A model generated the notes under the pieces. That model saw only the letters and a list, made by a program, of their open reading frames with translations. It ran no database searches and was not told the origin of the DNA. Below are positions 20,501-26,730 of a stretch of 64,000 nucleotides of DNA, piece by piece; within the stretch, counting starts at the first letter, position 1, and the number at the start of each line of letters is the position of its first letter. The stretch is from Lentisphaerota bacterium (GTDB taxonomy: Bacteria; Verrucomicrobiota; Kiritimatiellia; CAIQIC01; Lenti-01), in NCBI GenBank assembly GCA_012514035.1, contig JAAZBB010000043.1:19463-83462 (forward strand), read 5' to 3'. The position numbers were made by a program, and so were the translations under genes.

Positions 20501-20510
20501 GCTGAACCAA
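11541..20510 (-). CDS. giant secreted protein (2989 aa) with thrombospondin type-3-like Ca-binding repeats and two LamG/ConA-like lectin domains
   Basis: Signal-like N-terminus (ILWGGALLLLCSGGLQQAQA). Dozens of DxDxDGxxDxxE motifs. Two LamG-like blocks (FTVEAWVYLEG..WVHLAATFD..LSLYVDGTLV..LWIDELRIWG and WTLEAAVLP..THLAATYDG..LTLFVNGQAV..FVDELRLWS). Alternative start at ATG 20486. Confidence 0.85.
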   Translation of the reverse strand: MVQQKEVAMRTAHTIKHNPVKTILWGGALLLLCSGGLQQAQAVVTGLFPSYVDFAAANDWVKVEIDQVTQKTNLVWESGYQPTDDKDSDGLTNIQEFNGWKVKINGKEGWFTYNQNVVTDEADPAFFGYGPDPELFDTDCDGISDLYESTKMITYAGTNPWAEDTDGDGLKDPVEIYAGLDPKDNGFIYNTDVFTYTTDYANRKGVIEGDKMQDPFLPDLGDVKTLQHPGMDIDGDGMTALQELKKANKDINFAEGCPPLGETRDHFPTEKLNDKPWTSPFDCDTDNDWLLDSFEKFFAKNGFKPVEAEPVGDLFHYNSDPDKDGLTNFREQCLHPLLTYGWGNPLAIWPFMSSKCVLEQKEVTSAGLRFRQPSRGGCLHGTPGYLQQAKYSQWGDSVRYFTVDYTKADWTGSVKVASSPGSPDLQSLPGRIAWPSAASYWTEPRPNLVVRYDGWDTDKDGLIDGWEVEHGLNPKTGMAAFDLAEDEDEDDSGTLLGIVDLPVEINPSGALGDPDGDGLLNIQEYFGQDGYRIDFITGTGDETIPWTARAMNYPNQSSFETYVLANWILLRHDWQAPMYYEIMAPGLAASYSMRDYPGFFHPAAYETTVTNWMQGLMVVTNPGPPEEVVTNVVFVPYPEPKLVPTVGVPSFPYYANDMASLAPFYGDGFTNSMGTGGFQPFTTSFSGLYYLEAAGAEDGRYTPGIDALWYARNEANVYTPLALSTLLIPTNDVILSDPDSILTDAETAGTDLVTGGKPVTDNLPLMVPMPGTDTDADGLPDSTEIQMDVARGKQPTSPVQSLNPLVARSAKILTDEGSKTLLVDDPRYFSRDFTVEAWVYLEGDAPASGSFTKGYLMIGGNERRAYDLGVTNVVIGGQTVETVPYAGLHSLGGKWYQASATRPLPRNRWVHLAATFDHRKNALSLYVDGTLVQSRQVVEETTGGYLVSTFGNGGQLEFAKGSGFANRLWIDELRIWGIERSQAEVAANRSILLEGRQMVTLDGQQLNGALLAYYNFDDGGNVAVDSRHRAMSSLLGYDFPGAENVPNRLFHDHLYPDRAYALPSLALGGGFVFDAGRTAPVNGALDNQRGELDSDGDGLPDSWEIVHELNPFAWLTQEHSMLEYDPGWAKMGVPEILIKRSGFTFNSSADGGQTWASATCPGIITVVNGVITTSVCPNTVLIGDYSVETNTTVEGETTNTVLNTVTNWEIRSGQVSGFIDDGETWWVSKGGVAVAQVGVTGRMLSDADSDPDGDGLTTLQEYWARTNPRKPDTDENGIPDGDEDFDGDGLSNRQEARNATRPDLADTDDDGMSDNDEVFQGFVASDSTSPKQYLTAYFTGRPGSWLEVLDREAFVRNSWTLEAAVLPARVDFLADGQGAPIFRRAVEEVTNGMLIANYELRVIRSGNNLYPQARFVYKTASGRIGVPIAVTGSVPLAVSATYDAALVTHLAATYDGSGKRLTLFVNGQAVASRQDLNISAPAMGEGPSSIIRIGERFHGFVDELRLWSDVRDGASISATMSQLLEGQEEGLAAYFNFDDGGWPTLSSNTWDSTRITNLLYSVRYTSPPLASDMVDGDTWVDGTTVYVNDSGVVGELTGVGPVFDGTGIVPGTGSANPGDFGWNHAERILYRYDGTDWLRWGKGRHWLADARATIAGQVNTIAGITDPGNAWYPPTLGDMFVCAPSNMVYIYNGEDATGAVQVLPADPLLPGHRFYMNSTESIVEWDGMALVPVTSAADAAALYVTIQSEGVAFKYEDHVWRRWGFIPSTEDYAVLRDWENQWAHAAKMSGVVEFYQTAAPTGGGSGTGSDGTPSGGKDTDGDGLPDAWEIRYGLNENDGGFGDAATSTVDVDGDGRMDYIFNQTDFVNGAWGDPDDDGLNNRAEFLAGTNPFEFDTDGDGTGDYDSPATGASYGSLYMDGDNMPDGWESLFPNACSPLRFDANLDPDGDGWDNYSEYMAYYKTHSANVYEVTTNTEGEVSSNLISSTGFSVPYCDPDDPVSYPKPSITFQFKTDCPEVDGTLRIWAYTDPAMNCPDAMTSLELEEPIRDGNSLNITDWTNGGHLRQGRNYFMAFVDANNDGQWNTGELMGFSEYMPENIQWGEAKIEIALREKANGFARFDWATTGGDTNATTGGSGYTVTVLRNGQVVYETTRGGCAASRNYLHEYDFRNNKSGPWADISAGPMSGTYVCKVFDQNNNEIAVVTNSVNYPTNLVNPTIISPVGSVLFAQEHLQMTLDPNTAQIRIQVQNASGTETLLDTTVFAPYIDRNGRAEMDLPFLAGWNHFTNGAYRIQVTAINPRVSKSSVWTSFTVNLQSPAASGAGMITGRAYYYGFSPSPNIVVEAYEGSGFDQRPVARVKADANYNYRLMGLRFGQEANYYVRAFQDQDNDGVLDPGEAWGLVKGQPASVQRFVWVEAAIRSVPGRKSKSGAASKGGVSIVPATSIYAVDYSNKKIEIKSATTVSGNDLVIHDADTDNDGLADIWEKYYSGGLAMNQFTDTDGDGLTDGDEFKYGTYPSAMGIPAGVDPKDSDSDGLWDGAEVNTHGTNPLKADTDGDGLDDEEEVTLGADGYITNPLAADSDNDGLTDSQEMAATTNPNNPDTDGDSLPDGWEVKYGLNPLSGAGADGATGDPDTDGLTNAQELARGTDPRNDDTDGDGLPDGWEVTMGLNPLSAAGDNGANGDPDNDGLSNAQELDLGSKPLVSDTDGDGLNDGAEVNTHGTDPLNPDTDHDTLPDGWEVTYGLNPLSDAGNDGATGDPDGDGLPNDVELAQGTNPVVADTDGDGLDDGQEVLLGTDPLKKDTDSDGLEDGWEVDHGLDPLDDTGDNGATGDPDGDWLSNAQELFLGTHPMRADSDYDGLDDGEELALHQTDPRLWDTDGDGFNDGVEVDQGTDPRDETDLPSSGGPADGQIILATPVDGQIEVTFTVTNLPTPPAILDVLENNDLTDGAGWVPSGVQQVITATGTYTILVPDLDGDGRLFIKIECK

Positions 20511-20528
20511 CCTGTTCCCTGTTCCAAA

Positions 20529-21119
20529 TTACTGTTCCGCCGGGGCTGATTCCGCCGGAGGTTCGGAGTCCTCATCGACACCGCCCTGCTGGACGATGAG
20601 CCCGCCGAGCGTCGTGCGCAGCCGCAGTTCCGCCAGCATGTCCTGCTGGGCCTGGTCAATGGCCTGCTGCAGCTCCAGAACCGCCGGATGATTCTCCAAG
20701 GCCTGCACCACCAGCGCCTGGAGGTCGGCAATCTGCTGTTGCAGGGCCTGGATTTCCGGATCGTTCTGCCGGAGGTTCTCGTATGCCGCCCGCATCTGCC
20801 GGTGCAGTTCCGGCGCCCGCATGGAATACTCCTGCGCGGCCTGCAGGCATTCTTCCTGCGCGGCCTTCAGCGTGGCCAGATCGGCGGATTTCAAGGTTTC
20901 CAGCCGCTGGTCCGGAGGCAAGCGCGGCGCAGCGGCCGGCTCGGCATCCGCCACCGGGGCCTCCGGAGTTTCAGTCTCGACGGCGGCAACGGCTTCCGGC
21001 AATTGGAGGGCCAGGGGGATCCCCTGCGCGACCGCCGGCGCCCCCCCCCGCCCGATGACGCTGATAACAAATAAAAGCGTACCCGCCCGCACCAAACCCG
21101 CACCCGCTTGATTCATCAT
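20529..21119 (-). CDS. secreted coiled-coil protein, first gene of the giant-protein operon
   Basis: From ATG 21119: MMNQAGAGLVRAGTLLFVISVIGRGGAPAVAQG looks like a signal peptide, followed by a Gln/Leu/Ala heptad-like region (EIQALQQQIADLQALVVQALE). Stop lies 18 nt before the giant gene start. The ORF-track start at 21278 is an extension. Confidence 0.6.
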   Translation of the reverse strand: MMNQAGAGLVRAGTLLFVISVIGRGGAPAVAQGIPLALQLPEAVAAVETETPEAPVADAEPAAAPRLPPDQRLETLKSADLATLKAAQEECLQAAQEYSMRAPELHRQMRAAYENLRQNDPEIQALQQQIADLQALVVQALENHPAVLELQQAIDQAQQDMLAELRLRTTLGGLIVQQGGVDEDSEPPAESAPAEQ

Positions 21120-21480
21120 GCGTTCTTCCTCATTAACGACAAGGGCTTCAAGACCTTTCGGGGATAGTAGACTGCAAAACGGTGTCGTTTGCAAACAAAA
21201 ACGTCCCCTCAACGATAACCTCAACGATAACGCTCGCCGGACTCCATGCCGGGGTTCCATGCGGGTCGGATCAGGCAACCGCCGTTTGGGGCAAAATCAC
21301 AACTCCAAATCCGGTCGGATCGGTTTGGAGTGCGAGGACAAGGGGCATTGGCCACGGCCCCGCTTTAGCTGCCGCCTCGGCTGCTAAAAAGCCAAAGCGG
21401 CGTGGCGCTCGCAAAGCCTCGCTTCCCGCCGCACTCCAAACATAGCACGGGGCTCCGTCCCGCGCAGGCCCTGGAACCCG

Positions 21481-21812
21481 GCACGCGACAGAGCCGCGTG
21501 CTACGTAACATCCGCCCGCGACAATACAACGGCCAGCGGGAGACGACCCCGCTCCGCATCCTGACAATCCTGTTAATCTTGAGGCTCTTGCACAACTCGT
21601 TCCTGGAAACGGGCAGGACGGAGCGTGGAATCTGTCTGCCGCAGAGCGCGCAGAGAAGAACCCGGAGGGGAAACCGACAGGCGGTTGCTCACAGAGGCAC
21701 CGAGACCACAAAGAGAAATCCGGCTGCGGTTCCGAGCCCGGCGCGTTGGGCTCACGCGCCCTTCCGTCCCACCCCATTCGTGCCATGCGCGCAATTCGTA
21801 GTTCGCCCCCTG
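21481..21812 (+). repeat. dispersed intergenic element, long copy of the family at 10271..10425
   Basis: 21481-21505 GCACGCGACAGAGCCGCGTGCTACG is the reverse complement of 10401-10425 with 1 mismatch. 21776-21812 ATTCGTGCCATGCGCGCAATTCGTAGTTCGCCCCCTG matches 50207-50245 and the reverse complement of 10271-10300. Confidence 0.7.
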
Positions 21813-21830
21813 CCCGGCCCCCGCCCGGGT

Positions 21831-22880
21831 CTACAGAGCGGCCAGGAACGCATCCATTTGCGCGTCGGTCCCGATGGACACGCGTAGATATCTGCCCGTG
21901 CGTTCCCCGGGAAAATAGCGCACCAGGATGTTCTTTATCCGTAAATCGGCAAACAAATCGGCAGCAGCCGTCCCCGCCGGAGGCTCCACGAACAGGAAGT
22001 TGGCCCCCGACGGAATCACCCGGAATCCCCGTTTCACCAGTTCCGCCGCCACCCGCTCGCGCGTTGCCACGATCCGCCGGGCGTTGTCCTGCATCCACGG
22101 CACATCCCCCAGCGCCGCCAGTGCGAGGGCCTGGGCCAATCGGTCCACGTTGTACGAGTCTTTGAGCTTGTACATCGCCCCGATCAGCTCGGCGGACCCG
22201 ATGGCGTATCCTAGGCGCAATCCCGCCAGTGAAAACGACTTGGACAAGGTGCGACATACCAGGACATTGGGCAAATCCTTGGCAAGCGCCAGGCAATCGC
22301 GGCCACCGGAGAAGGCCACATAGGCCTCATCCACCAGCACCACACCCTTGAACTGCCGGCAAAAGGCGCGGATGGTTTCAACCGGATAAAACACGCCCGT
22401 CGGGGCATTCGGGTTGGCCAGGAAGAACAGGCTGGCGTCGAGGGCCGCCGGAGGCTCAATCCAGCCGAAGCCTTCCGGGAGGGGAACTGTGCGATAGCCG
22501 ACCTCCTCGGCCGCCGCCAGCACCGGATAGAGCGAATAGGTCGGATCAACGGCCGCCACCGCCCCACCCGGCTGAGTAAAGGCCCGAGTGGCCAGCCGCA
22601 ACACTTCGTCGGAACCATTGCCCACAAAAACCTGTTCGACAGCACATCCCTCCACCGCCGCGATGCGTTCCCGCAAGGTCCTGCACACCGGGTCGGGGTA
22701 GAGCCGCAGAGAATCCGCGGCAAATTCCCGCAATGCGCGGGCCACCGCCGGGCTGGGCGGATACGGATTCTCGTTGGTGTTGAGCTTGATCAAGCCCTCC
22801 ACCTGCGGCTGCTCGCCGGGCGTGTAGGCTTGGAGATCTTGCACTGATTGACGAATATACGTGCTCATGGGTTTTGACAT
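21831..22880 (-). CDS. hisC: histidinol-phosphate aminotransferase
   Basis: LNTNENPYPPSP, VFVGNGSDEVLRL, TLSKSFSLAGLRLGY (PLP lysine). Start chosen at MSKPMSTY; alternatives within 12 nt. Confidence 0.85.
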   Translation of the reverse strand: MSKPMSTYIRQSVQDLQAYTPGEQPQVEGLIKLNTNENPYPPSPAVARALREFAADSLRLYPDPVCRTLRERIAAVEGCAVEQVFVGNGSDEVLRLATRAFTQPGGAVAAVDPTYSLYPVLAAAEEVGYRTVPLPEGFGWIEPPAALDASLFFLANPNAPTGVFYPVETIRAFCRQFKGVVLVDEAYVAFSGGRDCLALAKDLPNVLVCRTLSKSFSLAGLRLGYAIGSAELIGAMYKLKDSYNVDRLAQALALAALGDVPWMQDNARRIVATRERVAAELVKRGFRVIPSGANFLFVEPPAGTAAADLFADLRIKNILVRYFPGERTGRYLRVSIGTDAQMDAFLAAL

Positions 22881-23107
22881 CTTGTAACGCATGTGACGTA
22901 GACGACGCAAGAAAACGCGGCAAGGGAGCCGTTCGGGCAGGTTCCGAACTGTTGGCAACCGGTCCCGACGAGGCCGGACATGATGACCACGCCATGACTT
23001 TTTTGAGTGCGGAGCCAACGGGCGGCGGCCCCGTTTTGGCTTCCTGACAAAAAATCAGGAATGGCCGACTTCAATTGCCTCTGCCCAACGAGGGGCGCAA
23101 CAGTCTG

Positions 23108-23503
23108 CTATCGTTTCCGCGAGGAGCTGCAGATGGGGCACTTGTCCGCCAAGACCCGTCCGTCTTCGTTGTCGTTGTCGTGTTTGGGACGAGGAACCAA
23201 TCGCCAGCCATCGCAATAGTCGCAGCGCGTGGCGGCGGCGGGAAGGGCCATCTTTCCCAGACCTTTGCAGATCGGACATTCGTAACCGATATGGGTGCCC
23301 CCGGAGATATCCACCAGGCGCCCGCGTCCCTCGCAGGTCTTGCAGATGATCGTCTGCTCCGGCGGGGGCGGCGGGGGGGGCGGCGGCGCCTGGACCTCCT
23401 CGGTTTTCCAATGCGGCCATTCCGGCGGGGCGTAGTCTTCATATAGCTGAAATGCTCCGTAGGCGGCCAACAAAAGGATCAGCACATGAGCAATGAATTT
23501 CAT
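23108..23503 (-). CDS. membrane-anchored cysteine-rich (4x CxxC, DnaJ-zinc-finger-like) protein with P9 tract
   Basis: MKFIAHVLILLLAAYGAF TM helix, then PPPPPPPPP, then CKTCEGRG..CPICKGLG..CDYCDG..CPIC. The ORF-track start at 23869 is an extension. Confidence 0.65.
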   Translation of the reverse strand: MKFIAHVLILLLAAYGAFQLYEDYAPPEWPHWKTEEVQAPPPPPPPPPEQTIICKTCEGRGRLVDISGGTHIGYECPICKGLGKMALPAAATRCDYCDGWRLVPRPKHDNDNEDGRVLADKCPICSSSRKR

Positions 23504-23660
23504 GAAAGGTCTCCGTTCTCCTGGGTTTGGCCTGAATGGATTTCGACCATTGTTTGCGCGAGCCCCGCGACCTTGGTCGGGATGACCGCCAACCTGCGCC
23601 CCCCTGAGGCAAGGCTGTGGTTGGCACAACCGCCGCAATCTTGATTCATCAATGCAATCC

Positions 23661-24500
23661 TCATTCCAATGAATGGTCCGGACTGTCCATTGACGGGTCC
23701 TCTGGTGGCAGCCGTAACATGCGCCGGGTATATTGCTCGCGATACTTGATATCCAGGCGGAGGCGCGAATCCCGATCCATGTCCGCATATCCGATAATGG
23801 ACTTGCCTTCGTCGGTTTCCAGAATCGCCACGCGATTGGTGCCCCGGCCTGCCAGCACCAGCGTGCCATGGATGATACGCCCGGTTTTCAGGCGCAATTC
23901 CACTTGGTCCTGGTTCTGGTAGAGGGGCATCGTTTCGTCCAGCCGGGATCGAAACGCCTTTTCTGCCCGGGCTTTCTGCGCTTCCAGACGGGCATGATCG
24001 TCATCGGGGGGAGGTGACGGCGTTTCAACGACCGGGGGCACAGGGTGGTCATCCGCAGAGGGAATCGCGGCGGGGACAGCCGGAGTTTCGGCTGGCGCCG
24101 TCTGGGCCGGAGGCGCGGGCGGCACTGCGGCAGTCTTGGCCGGCAGTCTCCACCGGTTGAAGGCGATTGTCCCGACAACAAGCAAGCCGGCCAGCCCGAT
24201 CAACAACCACGCCGCGCGAAGCAACGGCAGTCCGCGGGCCCAGTGGCGTCCGGCGAAGACAAAACCGCAATGATGGCATGCAACGGCATCCGGCGCCAGC
24301 ATGGCCTGGCAGCGCGGGCATGGCTTTCCGCCCGCCAGCGTCGGAGCATCCCGACGGACATGGAGGTGAGGGACGGTGCCGCTCGGCCGGGCCACCGTGT
24401 TTTGCCGGCCGCAATTTGGGCAGGCGGCCAGCAGGGTACCGCCACTTTCGTCAAAATCAAACAGCCGGTTGCAGAAAGCGCACTTGACTTGGACAGACAT
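23661..24500 (-). CDS. zinc-ribbon / TM / Pro-rich linker / small beta-domain protein
   Basis: CAFC..CPNC and CPRC..CHHC ribbons, TM helix AAWLLIGLAGLLVVGTIAF, Pro/Ala linker. The C-terminal VELRLKTGRIIHGTLVLAGRGTNRVAILETDEG is paralogous to the C-terminus of 58931..59470. Confidence 0.7.
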   Translation of the reverse strand: MSVQVKCAFCNRLFDFDESGGTLLAACPNCGRQNTVARPSGTVPHLHVRRDAPTLAGGKPCPRCQAMLAPDAVACHHCGFVFAGRHWARGLPLLRAAWLLIGLAGLLVVGTIAFNRWRLPAKTAAVPPAPPAQTAPAETPAVPAAIPSADDHPVPPVVETPSPPPDDDHARLEAQKARAEKAFRSRLDETMPLYQNQDQVELRLKTGRIIHGTLVLAGRGTNRVAILETDEGKSIIGYADMDRDSRLRLDIKYREQYTRRMLRLPPEDPSMDSPDHSLE

Positions 24501-24663
24501 GGCCGGGGCCTCTTGATCGTTACGAACAGCACATTAACCTTTGGGTTTTGAATATTGCACCCTCCGTCACTGAAATCCAGATAAAATCCACCGTCCCCTT
24601 CCCCCGTCCCCCGCCCCGTTCTTTGGCCATGGAATTCATGTCTTCCTGCACCGGTTATCATAT

Positions 24664-24711
24664 TTTCATTGTTTATAAATATTGCAATTATTTCATTATT
24701 TATAAACATTG
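24664..24711. promoter_or_regulatory. two 21-nt AT-rich direct repeats (candidate operator/promoter)
   Basis: TTTCATTGTTTATAAATATTG (24664-24684) and TTTCATTATTTATAAACATTG (24691-24711). 19/21 identical, 27-nt period, about 165-210 nt upstream of the minus-strand gene starting at 24500. Confidence 0.5.
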
Positions 24712-25038
24712 AAATCAGCGGATTGGCCTGAAATTCCTCGGTCAGTGGGAATGATGATCGAATCATCCATCCTTTGAGCATGGCGGGAGGAGATCCTGAA
24801 TACGGCCATGCCCCCACATGACAGGGCTCCCTGAACTTCCCCACCGCATTGGACTTGTTGTCGCCGCTCTGCTGGACGCGGGGCACTTTGGACAGTGTCC
24901 GATCTCAACGGACCATGCTGGCGCATGGAAGTTTTTAATTCAACATACCCGCGAACGGAATGCCGGATACCGCCGGCCGTATTCTTCCTCCGACCCAAGG
25001 CCGCGGCCTGCCCCGCAGGCCGGCTGCCCGCGTACGGA

Positions 25039-26355
25039 TCAGGGATTGCCAGGCGCCGGGAAACGAATGGAAGCGGCGCGGGCATGGGCATCGAGACCTT
25101 CGACGCGACCCATGGTTTCGATCAACGGGAGGGTATCGATCAGGTCCGCGCGGGTAAAGGCGACCACGCTGGTACGCTTGCGGAAGGAATCAACCGTCAA
25201 CCCCGAGAAGAACGCGGCGGTGCCGCCGGTAGGCAGCACGTGACTGGGCCCGGCCACGAAATCGCCGGCGCTTTCCGGAGTCCACGCCCCGACAAACACG
25301 GCTCCGGCGTTTTTCACCTTTTGCAGCCAGCGCCGGGGTTCTTTGGTCATGATTTCGAAATGCTCCGGCGCAAACCTGTTGATCAAATCCATGCCGCTGT
25401 CGAGGGTCTCGGTCACCACGAATAGAGCGCCGGCCGCGATTGCGCGCTCTACCGCCTCCCGGCGGGACAACGCGGCAACCTGCTGTTCGAGTTCGGTGCG
25501 CACCATGTTGGCCATGCCCATGAAGGGCGTAACCAGCAGGGCTTTTTCATGGCCGGTGCCGTGTTCCAGCTGCGATAGCAGATCGGCGGCAACATGGGCC
25601 GGAACCGCTGTCTCGTCCGCCAGAACAGCAATTTCGCTGGGCCCCGCCACCATGTCGAGATCCACCTCGCCATAGACAAGTTTCTTGGCCGCGGTGACAT
25701 AAGGCCCCCCTGGACCGACGATTTTCTGTACCTTGCGAATGGTGGCCGTACCGAAGGCCATGGCGCCCACCGCCTGAATACCGCCGATCCGAAAGATTTC
25801 GGTGGCGCCCGCCACTTCCAGCGCGTGCAGCAGAAACGGATTCACCCTGCCCTTCTTATCGCTGGGGGTACAGGCCACGATTTCGGGCACGCCGGCGATT
25901 TTGGCCAGCGAAACGCTCATCAAGGCGGTCGAAGCCAGCGGGGCGGCGCCGCCGGGAATGTAGGCCCCCACGCGTTCCAACGGCATGAACTTCTCGCCCA
26001 GCACCCCGCCTTTGGGCGTGGCGATGTTCCAATCCTTGCGCATGCCCGCCTTGCCGAAACGCGCGACGCGCGCAAAGATTTCCGAAGCGCATCGCTTGAA
26101 CATCAGGTCCACGTGTTCGGAAGCGGCCAGACGCTCTTCCCGCGGCACAGCGAACCGGACCGGTGCCAGGTTGACCCCGTCGAACTCCCGGGTGTATTTC
26201 TGGACCGCCTTGTCGCCGTGTGCGCGAATATCTTCCAGCACCCGCCGGGCCGTCTCCTCCGCCGTCGGATCAATGGCCGGCCGGGCTAAAAACCGGTCCA
26301 CTTCGGGCACCGTTTTGTGTGTCGAATACTTCAGGATAGGGATATTTAAGCTCAT
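25039..26355 (-). CDS. hisD: histidinol dehydrogenase
   Basis: 438 aa with DLDMVAGPSEIAVLAD, SQLEHGTGHEKALLVT and APEHFEIM motifs. Confidence 0.9.
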   Translation of the reverse strand: MSLNIPILKYSTHKTVPEVDRFLARPAIDPTAEETARRVLEDIRAHGDKAVQKYTREFDGVNLAPVRFAVPREERLAASEHVDLMFKRCASEIFARVARFGKAGMRKDWNIATPKGGVLGEKFMPLERVGAYIPGGAAPLASTALMSVSLAKIAGVPEIVACTPSDKKGRVNPFLLHALEVAGATEIFRIGGIQAVGAMAFGTATIRKVQKIVGPGGPYVTAAKKLVYGEVDLDMVAGPSEIAVLADETAVPAHVAADLLSQLEHGTGHEKALLVTPFMGMANMVRTELEQQVAALSRREAVERAIAAGALFVVTETLDSGMDLINRFAPEHFEIMTKEPRRWLQKVKNAGAVFVGAWTPESAGDFVAGPSHVLPTGGTAAFFSGLTVDSFRKRTSVVAFTRADLIDTLPLIETMGRVEGLDAHARAASIRFPAPGNP

Positions 26356-26401
26356 GGAAGGATTCAGGGTTCGGGGTTCAGGGGTTAGGATGGATCATGT
26401 T

Positions 26402-26484
26402 GGGGAATATGGGAACGATGAAATAGATGGAAAGAACCACCGCCCGGCCAAGATTCCACTCTTCCATCATTCCATCTGCTCCCC
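26402..26484. repeat. imperfect hairpin built from GGAAT/ATGG-type short units in an operon spacer
   Basis: Left arm GGGGAATATGGGAACGATGAAATAGATGGAAAG; right arm CTTCCATCATTCCATCTGCTCCCC (reverse complement GGGGAGCAGATGGAATGATGGAAG). Preceded by GGATTCAGGGTTCGGGGTTCAGGGGTTAGG at 26359-26390. Confidence 0.5.
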
Positions 26485-26490
26485 GGCTGC

Positions 26491-26730
26491 TCAAAAACTC
26501 TTCACGTTTTCGTTCATGTTGCCGCAGTTGCTGCATTCGGCCATGGGGACGTTGCGGCGGTCCAGATAGACATGTCCGCAGACCGAGCACCGGAAGATGA
26601 AGGGCGGGGCGCGATGCCGGGGCATCCACCGGTAGCGCCGGACAGAATAGTACAGAGTCAGGCCAAACACCATGGCAAGATTCGCGATCAGGAAGACCAC
26701 GAACCAATCGGGCAGCGTCAGGGTAATCAT
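26491..26730 (-). CDS. small membrane protein with C-terminal zinc ribbon
   Basis: MITLTLPDWFVVFLIANLAMVFGLTLYY TM helix, then CSVCGH..CSNCGN. ATG overlaps the upstream stop (ATGA). Confidence 0.6.
   Translation of the reverse strand: MITLTLPDWFVVFLIANLAMVFGLTLYYSVRRYRWMPRHRAPPFIFRCSVCGHVYLDRRNVPMAECSNCGNMNENVKSF

Noticed and set aside
11541-20510. Diversity-generating retroelement or PEP-CTERM/LPXTG sorting associated with the giant protein.
   Set aside because: There is no reverse transcriptase, no template/variable repeat pair, and no recognisable C-terminal sorting motif. The C-terminus ends ..LDGDGRLFIKIECK.
21271-22296. 341-aa minus-strand ORF spanning the hisC 3' end and the repeat-rich gap.
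   Set aside because: It is out of frame with hisC over half its length. The rest is translated repeat elements, and the product is Arg/Gly-rich with no motifs.
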